A stretch of 42,846 nucleotides of DNA from Candidatus Eiseniibacteriota bacterium (lineage in GTDB: Bacteria > Eisenbacteria > RBG-16-71-46), in assembly GCA_036845125.1 (NCBI GenBank), contig DAIUEO010000007.1, positions 1-42,846 on the forward strand, in the 5' to 3' direction. This document shows, in pieces, positions 7,635 to 16,000 of the stretch (its first letter is position 1; every line of letters begins with the position of its first letter). Made by a program: the position numbers and the translations under genes. The notes beneath the pieces are model-generated. The model saw nothing but the letters and a program-made list of their open reading frames with translations, was not told the DNA's origin and searched no databases.

Positions 7635-8942
7635 GTGCCGCGAACGCGCTGGAGCCCCGTGCGGGCGATCGAGGTCGCCCTGGCTTTCCTGATGGCGGTC
7701 GTGGCTCCGCAGGCGGTGCCAGCCGCGGAGCCGCCGCGTCCGATTGTGATCACGCCGGACGCGGTCTGGGACGGTGTGTCCGATGCGCCGCATCGCGGCT
7801 GGCTCGTGGTCGTGAGCGGGAATCGCATCGACGCGGTCGGCCCGGCGGACCGCATGACCTTTCCGGCGGACGCGCAGCACATCGAGCTTCCGGGGGCGAC
7901 GCTGATCCCCGGTCTCATCGAAGGGCATTCCCACCTCTTCCTTCATCCCTACAACGAGACGCTCTGGGATGATCAGGTCCTCAAGGAGCCGTTCGCGTAC
8001 CGGATGATCGAGGCGGTGGCGCACGCCCGCGCCACGCTCGAAGCAGGTGTCACCACGACGCGGGATCTCGGCACCGAGGGCGCATTCGACGGCGACGTAC
8101 AGCTCGAGCGCGCGATCGAGAAGGGTGTGGTCCCCGGCCCGCGGATCATCTCGACGACGCGCGCGATCGTCGCCACCGGAAGTTACGGACCGCATCGCAG
8201 CGCCTACGCCTTCGATCCCCCGCAGGGGGCCGAGGAGGCGAGCGGTGCGGAGGAAATCACCCGCGTCGTGCGCAGCCAGATCGGTCATGGCGCCGACTGG
8301 ATCAAGGTGTACGCCGACTACCGCTGGGGCCCGGGCGGCGAAGCGCGACCGACGTTCAGCCTCGGCGAGCTGCGGGTGCTGGTCGAGACGGCCCGCGGGA
8401 GCGGCCGGCCGGTCGCGGCACACGCCTCGACCCCGGAGGGAATGCGGCGCGCGACGCTGGCCGGCGTCGAGACCATCGAGCACGGCGACGCCGGCACCGC
8501 CGAGGTGTTTCGCCTCATGAAGAAACACGGCGTCGCGCTCTGTCCGACGATCGCGGCTGCGGAAGCGTATGCGACCTATTTCCATGGATGGGAGAAGGGC
8601 AAGAAGCCCGCGACGCCCGAGCTGGACGCGAAGCGCGCCAGCTTCAAGGCCGCGCTCGCCTCCGGCGTCACCATCAGCTTCGGCGGTGACGTCGGGGTCT
8701 TCCCGCACGGCGAGAACGTGCGCGAGATGGAGGACATGGTCGAGTACGGCATGACACCGCTCGCGGCGCTGCGCTCGGCCACCAGCATCAACGCCAGGGT
8801 GTTCCATCTCGAGGACCGGCTGGGGCGGATCGCGCCCGGCTACCTTGCCGACCTGGCGGCGTTCGACGGCGACCCGACGAAGGACATCCGCAGCCTGCGC
8901 CGCGTCCGCTTCGTGATGAAGGACGGCGCCCGCGTGCGCTAA
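7635..8942 (+). CDS. Amidohydrolase-family metallo-hydrolase with a signal-like N-terminus
   Basis: …[20 protein letters not shown] carries the HxH metal motif, followed by …[10 protein letters not shown]…IEHGD… and …[12 protein letters not shown]. The start is uncertain; GTG 7635 gives [30 protein letters not shown]. Confidence 0.8.
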   Translation: MPRTRWSPVRAIEVALAFLMAVVAPQAVPAAEPPRPIVITPDAVWDGVSDAPHRGWLVVVSGNRIDAVGPADRMTFPADAQHIELPGATLIPGLIEGHSHLFLHPYNETLWDDQVLKEPFAYRMIEAVAHARATLEAGVTTTRDLGTEGAFDGDVQLERAIEKGVVPGPRIISTTRAIVATGSYGPHRSAYAFDPPQGAEEASGAEEITRVVRSQIGHGADWIKVYADYRWGPGGEARPTFSLGELRVLVETARGSGRPVAAHASTPEGMRRATLAGVETIEHGDAGTAEVFRLMKKHGVALCPTIAAAEAYATYFHGWEKGKKPATPELDAKRASFKAALASGVTISFGGDVGVFPHGENVREMEDMVEYGMTPLAALRSATSINARVFHLEDRLGRIAPGYLADLAAFDGDPTKDIRSLRRVRFVMKDGARVR

Positions 8943-9008
8943 CCGCGGCGTTTCAGCAGCCCGGCGCGGCCCTCCCCCGAGAACTCCCCCTTGACTCCCG
9001 ACTGCGTA

Positions 9009-9025
9009 TGCTGAAATATCAGCAC
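9009..9025 (+). promoter_or_regulatory. Candidate operator TGCTGAAATATCAGCAC (inverted repeat TGCTGA-N4-TCAGCA) upstream of the blaI-like gene
   Basis: An identical 17-mer recurs at 11631-11647. It overlaps a -10-like AAATAT placed 17 nt after TTGACT (8991-8996). It is an AT-rich dyad in an otherwise GC-rich genome. Confidence 0.5.
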
Positions 9026-9111
9026 TGCTGAAGGGCAGCAACCGAAACTTCGACACTGCAGCAGCTGGAAGTTTGATTCTCGTTCCTTTTCGTTCAGTCG
9101 CCCTTCTTTTT

Positions 9112-9129
9112 ACCCGCTCTGGAGCGGGT
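9112..9129 (+). promoter_or_regulatory. 8-2-8 inverted repeat ACCCGCTC-TG-GAGCGGGT in the blaI-like leader
   Basis: The arms are perfect. It ends 19 nt before ATG 9148 and is preceded by a T-rich run. Its function is unknown; it could be a protein site or a leader hairpin. Confidence 0.3.
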
Positions 9130-9147
9130 GAACCTGAGAGAACCCGC

Positions 9148-9549
9148 ATGCGCAAGCGACCCGTCACCGAGAGTCTCAGCCGCCGCGAACGCCAGGTCAT
9201 GGAGATCCTGCACCGCCGCGGACCATCCACGGTGGCCGAGATCATGCAGGCGATGCCCGACCCGCCGACCTACTCGGCGGTGCGCTCCATCCTCCGCATC
9301 CTCGGCGGGAAGGGCCTGGTGAGTCACCACGAAGACGGTCCGCGCTACGTCTATGCACCCGCCGGCTCGACCGAAAAGACGCGCGATGACGTCCTGGCGC
9401 ACGTGGTCCAGACCTACTTCTCGGGCTCGATCGAACACGCGGTGAGCGCGCTGCTGCTGCTTTCGGACACGAAGCTGAACGACACCGATCTCAAACGGCT
9501 GCGCGAGAAGATCCGTCGCGCGCGCCAGAGTGAAGGGAGCCGGCCATGA
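9148..9549 (+). CDS. BlaI/MecI/CopY-family transcriptional repressor, 133 aa
   Basis: MRKRPVTESLSRRERQVMEILHRRGPSTVAEIMQAMPDPPTYSAVRSILRILGGKGLVSHHEDGPRYVYAP… is a winged-helix penicillinase-repressor pattern. Its stop overlaps the next ATG (ATGA at 9546-9549). Confidence 0.9.
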   Translation: MRKRPVTESLSRRERQVMEILHRRGPSTVAEIMQAMPDPPTYSAVRSILRILGGKGLVSHHEDGPRYVYAPAGSTEKTRDDVLAHVVQTYFSGSIEHAVSALLLLSDTKLNDTDLKRLREKIRRARQSEGSRP

Positions 9550-11576
9550 ACCTGGGGCCAGAACCGCTGACGGGCCCGCCCTCCGCCGCCACGCTGGCCG
9601 CGGGGCTCGCGCTGCTCAAGGTGACGCTCGTCCTGCTGACGGCGCTTGCCCTCACTTTCTCGCTGCGGCGCGCGTCGGCGGGTGTCCGGCACCTGGTGTG
9701 GTTCGTGACGTTCGGCGCCATGCTCGTGATGCCGTTCGTGTCGGCCTGGGGACCGGTCTCCTGGCGCGTCCTCCCGCAGATGGCGAGCGTGACGCACGAG
9801 ACTCAGACCACGGAGTCGGCTGCGTCCCCGGTGCTCACTGAAACCGCGAAGCCCTCCGTTCCCGCGGTCTCGAGCACGGCACCGATGGAACCGGTTCGGG
9901 CTCACGCCATGCCGCTCATGGTGAGCACTGGCGCGCTGCTGCTCGCGGCGTGGGTCCTGGGTGTTCTCTTCCTGCTCGGCCGACTGGCGCTCGGTGCGTG
10001 GTCGGTGCGTCGCATCGTGCGGAGCGCGCGGGTTCTCGACCACGACGCGTGGCGGCAGCCGCTCTACGAGATTGCCGACCGCCTGGGGCTGCGCGATGCG
10101 CCCGAGCTGCTGCAGAGCGACCGCATCTCGATCCCGTTCGCCTCGGGGCTCTGGCACTGCCACATCGTGCTCCCGGCCGAGAGCGAGGAGTGGAGTGCGG
10201 AGCGGCGCAGTGCCGTCCTGATGCACGAGCTGGGACACGTACGCCGGCGCGATCTCGTCGGCCACACCCTGAGCCGGATCGTGTGCGCCCTCTACTGGTT
10301 CCACCCGCTGGTGTGGACCGGTGCGCAGCGCCTGCGCGCCGAGAGCGAGCGGGCCTGCGACGACCTCGTTCTCGGGCTCGGGGCGCGGCCGGCCGACTAC
10401 GCGGAGCACCTGCTCGACATCGTCTCGACGGTGCGCGATCACCGCACGCCGGCGGTGGCGCTCGCGATGGCGAATCCGAACGAGTTCGAGGGGCGCATGC
10501 TCGCGATCCTCGACCCGCGGGTCCGGCGTCGCGGCCCGGGTCGCGCGCAGGCCGCGGGACTCGCCGGCTCGCTGGCCCTGCTGGCCCTGATCGTCGGTGC
10601 CACCACGCCCACGCCGCGGACCACGGCGATGGCCGCGGAGCCGGCGCGTGCTTCAGAGTCGAAACCCGTCACGAGAACGGTCACGAGCACGGTCGAACAC
10701 ACTTCCAGGACGCAAGTCACTCACGAGCGCAAGCAGACCTACACCCCGAAGCCGGGCAAGGACAGCCGAGATTGGATCGCGGAAACCGACGCGTCCTACG
10801 ACGAAGCCCTGGCGCTGGCCGCCAAAGGCTCGAACGCGCAGGAGAGCCAGGAGGCCGACGCAAGCCAGCGCGTCGCCGTGCTCGCGAAGACCCTGCGGAC
10901 CGACACCAGCCCGGAAGTCCGTCGTGTCGCGGCGTGGGGCCTCGAGCGCTATGCGGATTCCGACCCGGCGGTGACGGCGCTCGCGGCGGCAGTCGAGACC
11001 GACGCCGCTGAGGAGGTTCGCGAGATGTCCGCGTGGGCGTTGTCGGGGAGTTACCACAACGCCGCCGCAGTCGCCGCGCTCCAGAAGGCGATACAGAAGG
11101 ACAAGAGCCGCGCGGTGCGCCGCACGGCGACCTGGGCTTGTGGAGAGACGGGAGATCCTTCCTCGGTCGCGGTGCTGGTCGGCGTTCTCGCCGACGCCGA
11201 CCCGGAGATTCGCGAGATGGCGGCGTGGTCGATCGGCAGCTGCGAGCCCGAAAAAGCCCCGCCGGCGCTGGTGCGACTGCTCTCCGATCCCCATCGCGAC
11301 GTGCGGCTCTCGACCGCCTGGGCCCTGATGGAGATCGGCGACGAGGAGACGGCCGACGAGCTCGAAGCGGCGTTCAGCAAGGAAAAGGACTCCGAGGTAC
11401 AGCACGGCCTGATCCGCGCGCTCGGCTCGATGGGGGACGTGTCGGTCGCGACGCTCACGCGTCTCGTCGGCTCGCCCGATCCCGAGATCCGCGCGGTGGC
11501 GATCACCGCGCTCGCGGGAGGGCACACCACGGGCCCCTGGCCGTGGCCCCGCCCCGAGCCGCGCCCGTACCCCTGA
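9546..11576 (+). CDS. BlaR1-like M56 membrane metalloprotease with C-terminal HEAT repeats, 676 aa
   Basis: It has N-terminal TM helices and the HExxH motif VLMHELGHVRRRDL. The C-terminal half has repeated …VRRVAAWGL…, …VREMSAWAL…, …VRRTATWACGE…, …IREMAAWSIG…, …VRLSTAWALMEIGD… units. It ends in GPWPWPRPEPRPYP. Confidence 0.9.
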   Translation: MNLGPEPLTGPPSAATLAAGLALLKVTLVLLTALALTFSLRRASAGVRHLVWFVTFGAMLVMPFVSAWGPVSWRVLPQMASVTHETQTTESAASPVLTETAKPSVPAVSSTAPMEPVRAHAMPLMVSTGALLLAAWVLGVLFLLGRLALGAWSVRRIVRSARVLDHDAWRQPLYEIADRLGLRDAPELLQSDRISIPFASGLWHCHIVLPAESEEWSAERRSAVLMHELGHVRRRDLVGHTLSRIVCALYWFHPLVWTGAQRLRAESERACDDLVLGLGARPADYAEHLLDIVSTVRDHRTPAVALAMANPNEFEGRMLAILDPRVRRRGPGRAQAAGLAGSLALLALIVGATTPTPRTTAMAAEPARASESKPVTRTVTSTVEHTSRTQVTHERKQTYTPKPGKDSRDWIAETDASYDEALALAAKGSNAQESQEADASQRVAVLAKTLRTDTSPEVRRVAAWGLERYADSDPAVTALAAAVETDAAEEVREMSAWALSGSYHNAAAVAALQKAIQKDKSRAVRRTATWACGETGDPSSVAVLVGVLADADPEIREMAAWSIGSCEPEKAPPALVRLLSDPHRDVRLSTAWALMEIGDEETADELEAAFSKEKDSEVQHGLIRALGSMGDVSVATLTRLVGSPDPEIRAVAITALAGGHTTGPWPWPRPEPRPYP

Positions 11577-11629
11577 GCCCGCTCGAAGCCCACGTGATCG
11601 ATTCGAAGCGCGTTCGATGCTGCGCTCAA

Positions 11630-11647
11630 GTGCTGAAATATCAGCAC
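11630..11647 (+). promoter_or_regulatory. Second copy of the operator-like dyad, GTGCTGAAATATCAGCAC (7-4-7), upstream of the HEAT-repeat gene
   Basis: It shares an identical 17-mer with 9009-9025. The geometry is the same: AAATAT lies 17 nt after TTCGAT (11613-11618). It ends 30 nt before ATG 11677. Confidence 0.5.
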
Positions 11648-11676
11648 GCGACCAGAGCCCCGATTGGAGGCGGATC

Positions 11677-13005
11677 ATGAACCTCTGTGCCCTCAACGTC
11701 GTCCTTCTCGTGTTGCTGATGACGGACGGTAACGCCGCGACGTCCGCTCCGGACCCGAACCTCACCCGGGAGATCCGCGCCCTGATCGAGTCGGCGCGTG
11801 GCGCCCCGACTGTCCTCTGCGAATACGCGGCGCGCTCGCTTCAGAACGGCTGGGGCTGGACGGATGCTCCGGCGTCTCCGCTCGGCACCCGCTCGCGCCG
11901 CATTCACAAGCGGCAGATGTCGGCGGCCGACATCCAGTTCCTGCTCGGGAGCCTCGATACTCCCGACCCCTGCGTTCGTGAGCTGGCCGTTCGACTGGTC
12001 GCCAGCGTCGATCGCGAAGAGGTCACGACCGGGCTCATCCAGCGACTCGCCTCGAGCGATTCGGCGATCCGTGTGGTGGCCGCACTCGGCCTCGGGATCT
12101 CACAGCCCGAAAAGGCGGTCGACCCGCTGATCCGCGCGACGGGCGACGCTTCGTCCAGCGTGCGCGCGAACGCGGTGTGGGCGCTGGGCCGGATCGGAGA
12201 CCGTCGCGCAACGGCATCCGTCACCAGATGCCTCGACGACAAGTCGGCGCTGGTGCGTCGCACCGCCGCCGGAGCGCTGGGGCATCTCGAAGCGACCAGC
12301 GCACTGCCCGGCCTGGTGCGGGCGCTCCAGATCGACCGCGAGCCCCAGGTCCGGCGCGTCGCGGCGTGGGCCATCGTCCAGGTCGACGATCACGGATCCG
12401 CCCCGGACCTTGCCGTGGCGCTCAAGAAGGATTCCGACGCTGAGGTCCGCGAGATGTGTGCGTGGGGCCTCGGCAACCTCGACGACGGCAGCTCGTCGAT
12501 GGCTGCGCTGATCGCGGCCGCGAAGAGCGACGCCGATGAAGACGTGCGCGAGGCCGCGACCTGGTCGCTCGGCGAGCACGGCGAGGCATCCGCCGCCGCG
12601 GTGCTGGGGGAACTGGTCGCGCACGATGCTAGCGACGAAGTCCGGCGCACGGCGGCGTGGGGGCTCGGTCAGCTCGGTCTCGACTCGGCGCCCAAAGGGT
12701 TGATCGACGCCATCGCTTCACCGGATGCCGAGATGCGGCTCACCGCCGCCTGGGCGCTCTCCGAGATCGGCGACCCGGCGGCGCTGCCGGCACTGCGAAC
12801 CGCGCTGTCGAAGGAGAAGAACGACCGCGTGCGCAAAGCGATCCTGCGGGCACTCGTCCACTCGGGAGAGCGCGCGGAGCGCATGAGCGAGCTGCTCGAG
12901 TCGAAGGACCCCGAGGTGCGGAAGATCGCGGTGCAGGCGGTCGCTGGCAAGGACGGCATGGACCCGTGGCCGTGGCCGCAGCCACGCCCGCGTCCATTTC
13001 CCTAG
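11677..13005 (+). CDS. Secreted HEAT-repeat protein, 442 aa
   Basis: ATG 11677 is preceded by GGAGG. Signal peptide MNLCALNVVLLVLLMTDGNAATSA. There are about ten HEAT-like units (…SVRANAVWALGRIGD…, …VRRTAAGALGHL…, …VRRVAAWAIVQ…, …VREMCAWGLGNL…). It ends in DPWPWPQPRPRPFP. Confidence 0.85.
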   Translation: MNLCALNVVLLVLLMTDGNAATSAPDPNLTREIRALIESARGAPTVLCEYAARSLQNGWGWTDAPASPLGTRSRRIHKRQMSAADIQFLLGSLDTPDPCVRELAVRLVASVDREEVTTGLIQRLASSDSAIRVVAALGLGISQPEKAVDPLIRATGDASSSVRANAVWALGRIGDRRATASVTRCLDDKSALVRRTAAGALGHLEATSALPGLVRALQIDREPQVRRVAAWAIVQVDDHGSAPDLAVALKKDSDAEVREMCAWGLGNLDDGSSSMAALIAAAKSDADEDVREAATWSLGEHGEASAAAVLGELVAHDASDEVRRTAAWGLGQLGLDSAPKGLIDAIASPDAEMRLTAAWALSEIGDPAALPALRTALSKEKNDRVRKAILRALVHSGERAERMSELLESKDPEVRKIAVQAVAGKDGMDPWPWPQPRPRPFP

Positions 13006-13014
13006 ATCACGCCC

Positions 13015-16000
13015 CTACTCGACCTGGACCTGGAAGGTGACGCTGCCGGTGGCGCCCGGATCGAGCGGGCCGCTGAGCGTCCAGCGCAGTGGGCCCGTGC
13101 CGTTGACCGGGGGCTGCACGGTGACGCCACAGGCGGAGAGGCCGGTGCCGAGGGAACCGCATGAGGCCGACTGGAAGCGCGAATAGGGCGGCACCATGTC
13201 CTGGATCTCGATCGCGGTCAGCGGCGCCGCGCCCATGTTCGTGTAGGCGATGGTGTAGGTGATCACGTCGCCCGGCAGCACGGTGGCGGCGCTCACGCTC
13301 TTGACGAGGCGCAGGCTGCCGGCGTCGAGCACGGTGGTCCGGTCGTCGAGCTGCACCAGGGTGGCAAGCGCGGGAGCGGCTCCGGTGTAGCTCATGCTCG
13401 CCGACAGCGTCACCTGCTCGAGCGCTCCGTCGGGTGCACCCGCCGGGGTCGTATGGTGGAGTACGAGGCACACGATCTGTCCCCCGGTCACGGCGAGCGG
13501 GCCGCTGATCGCGGGCTCGCCCGCGTCCACTGTGCCGTCGCAGTCGAGATCGCGATACAGCACGGCGCCCCATCCGGGGAGCACCGGCAGCGGGGCCTGG
13601 GTGAGTGTGAACGTCACGTTGCCCGCGCTGCCTGCCACGAAGTTGTGCGGGTGGTAGACGGCCGCCCCGGCTGCCGCCGACTGCATGCCGGGCGGCACCA
13701 GCTGGTTGGGTGGCACGTCGCCGAAGTTCACACCCGTGTACGCGTTTCCACTCGCGGGCGTGAACGTGATGCGATCCGTCGCCCGCGTGTACGTCCCTCC
13801 CGTGGTCCCGACGCCGCCTCCGGTCGAGATCCAGCCGGACGCATTGGTCTCGAACACCGCCGCCGCCGATCCCGAGGCCGCGTGCTCGATCCACAGCGTG
13901 TAGGAGCCACCGCCGCCGGTGAGGGTGCTGTCGCAGACGCCGCCGGCGCACGCGGCGCTCTCGATGCGCACGTGGATTCCGGTGAGGCCGGACTCACCGG
14001 CCTGCGGGATGCCGTCGTTGGCGGCGGCGCCACCCGCGCCGTCGTCGCGGAACGCGAGCCCAACGATCCGGCTGCCGTGCCAGAGACCGAAGTCCTGGTC
14101 CACCACGTTGGTGGCGACGACAGTGAGTGACCGCGTGCCGGCCGGGGCCTCGGTTCCGATCCAGCCCGCCGGATACGTGGCCGTCACGTCGGTGGCCACG
14201 GCGTTGTCGTCGAGCACGAGCGTGTAGTTGCCGGCCGGCACGAACCCGATGCTCCAGACGCCGGTGACCGGATCCACCGCGACCACCGTCTGGGCGGTCG
14301 CCGGTGAGGTGGATGCCACGAGCTTCACGAACAGCGCGGAGCTGGTGCCGACTTCCGTGCCGTCGCGGTTCATGCTGTGGTTCAGGTCTTCGTAGCCGAA
14401 GCCGCTCACCATGATTCCGCCGGTCACCTGGACGAGTCCCGAGAACTCGGAGGTCGCTAGCGCCACGGTTGCGGTCGCGGTTAGCCGCGCGCCCGACGTG
14501 ACGGCGCCCGGCGTCGGAATCGTGAACCGGAACCGGTTCGTGTTGTCGCTGCCCTGGTCCACCCCGTTGATCGGACCCGAGTAGGCGCCGGTCGTGGCAT
14601 CGAGATCGGCGCCCGAGCCCTCCGTGAGGGACGCCGCCCAGGTCTCGCCTTCGCCGAACCCCGAGGGATCGGGGTTGGCGACGAAGAGCTCGATCTCCGA
14701 GCCGGGGCGCGCCCAGCCGGTGAGCGTGATGCTGCCGGCCGCGATCACCGCCGACTCGATCACCGGGAAGTTCAGGAGGCCGTTGCCGCCGGCGTCGCCG
14801 TCCGCGTTGTCGTTGAGCGTGACGAACGGGCTGGTGCCGCGTGCGGCATCGTTCGCGGCGGCGAGCAGGTCGATGCCGAGCTGGCCGCTCGGGCCGCCGA
14901 GCCCGCCGGCGATCGTGCCGTTGCCGCGCATCGAATTGCGCGTGAGACGCGAGGTCGAGGCGGTCGACGCCACCATCACGCCAGCGCCGTAGTTGTCCAG
15001 CAGCACGCAGCGGTCCACCGTGTTCGCCGTCCCTCCCAGGCGGATGCCCGGAGTCTCGACGCTTCCCGCACCGAGTCCGCTGCGGGTGACCGTGTTGTTC
15101 TGGAGCGTGTTGGAGCCGGCGCTGGTCGCCGCATCGATGCCGGGCCCCTCGTGGTTCGCGATCCGGTTGCCGCGCACGGTGGCGACGCCGCTCGCCTCGA
15201 GGCCGAGCCCATCGCGCGTCGGATTCCCGATCGCGTTGCCGAGGATTTCGTTGGCGAGCACCTGCCAGCCATCCGAGCCGCCGGTGAGCGCGATCCCGGA
15301 ACCCGCCGCGAAGCCGACGAGCCCGTTGCGCACGATGCCGTCGTCACCGCCGGTCGCGCGCACCAGATCGCCGCCCGAGCGCGCACCCGCGCCGGGATCG
15401 GTGAACCCGGTGGCGGGCGTGCCGAGCGCGCAGCCATCGAGGAACGCACGATGGGCGACCGCGCCGATGCGCACCACCGCGTTCGCGTCGCTGCCGGCGG
15501 CGTTGCCGAATCCCCAGGCGGAGAGGCGCGCGATCGTGATGTCGGTCGCCTGGAGATCGAGCCCGATCGCGAGGCCCGCGCCGTCCCGGATCTCGACCTC
15601 GGGTCCGGCCACCGACGGCATCGCGAGCGCGTCGACGCCCGCGGTGCCGCCGGCGCCGAGTGTGACGCCGTTGGTGTTGCCGATGTTGAGGGTCTGGAGC
15701 GAGCCATCCACGGTCGTCAACGCCCCGGTGATCGCCGGGAGCGCCGACAGCACGGTCACCCGCACCACACCGCCCGTCAGGAGGCTCGGCAGTCCGGCGC
15801 GCAGGCCCGGATGGGCCGCGCCGTCGGTGACCATGAAGATCGCGTTTTCGGTTCCCGCGGTGAGTCCCGCCTGGGCGAGGCCGGCGTTCCCGAGCGCGTT
15901 CGAGTTGAGCAGGAACTGCCGCAGGCTGCCCTGGGCGGCGTCGTTCGCATTCACCACCGTGCTGAAGTTGAAGCCAAAGTCCATGCCCGCAAGGTCGGCG

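Noticed and set aside
7620-9245. 541-aa minus-strand ORF, plus other long antisense ORFs (27804..29222, 32209..33864, 36334..37890, 21357..22772, 4075..4983, 13007..13951)
   Set aside because: Each lies opposite a gene with clear family motifs and has arginine-rich low-complexity translation. I treat them as non-coding.
11603-11617. Short palindrome TCGAA-GCGCG-TTCGA after the BlaR1-like stop
   Set aside because: The arms are only 5 nt and there is no U-tract. It could arise by chance and overlaps the proposed -35 region.
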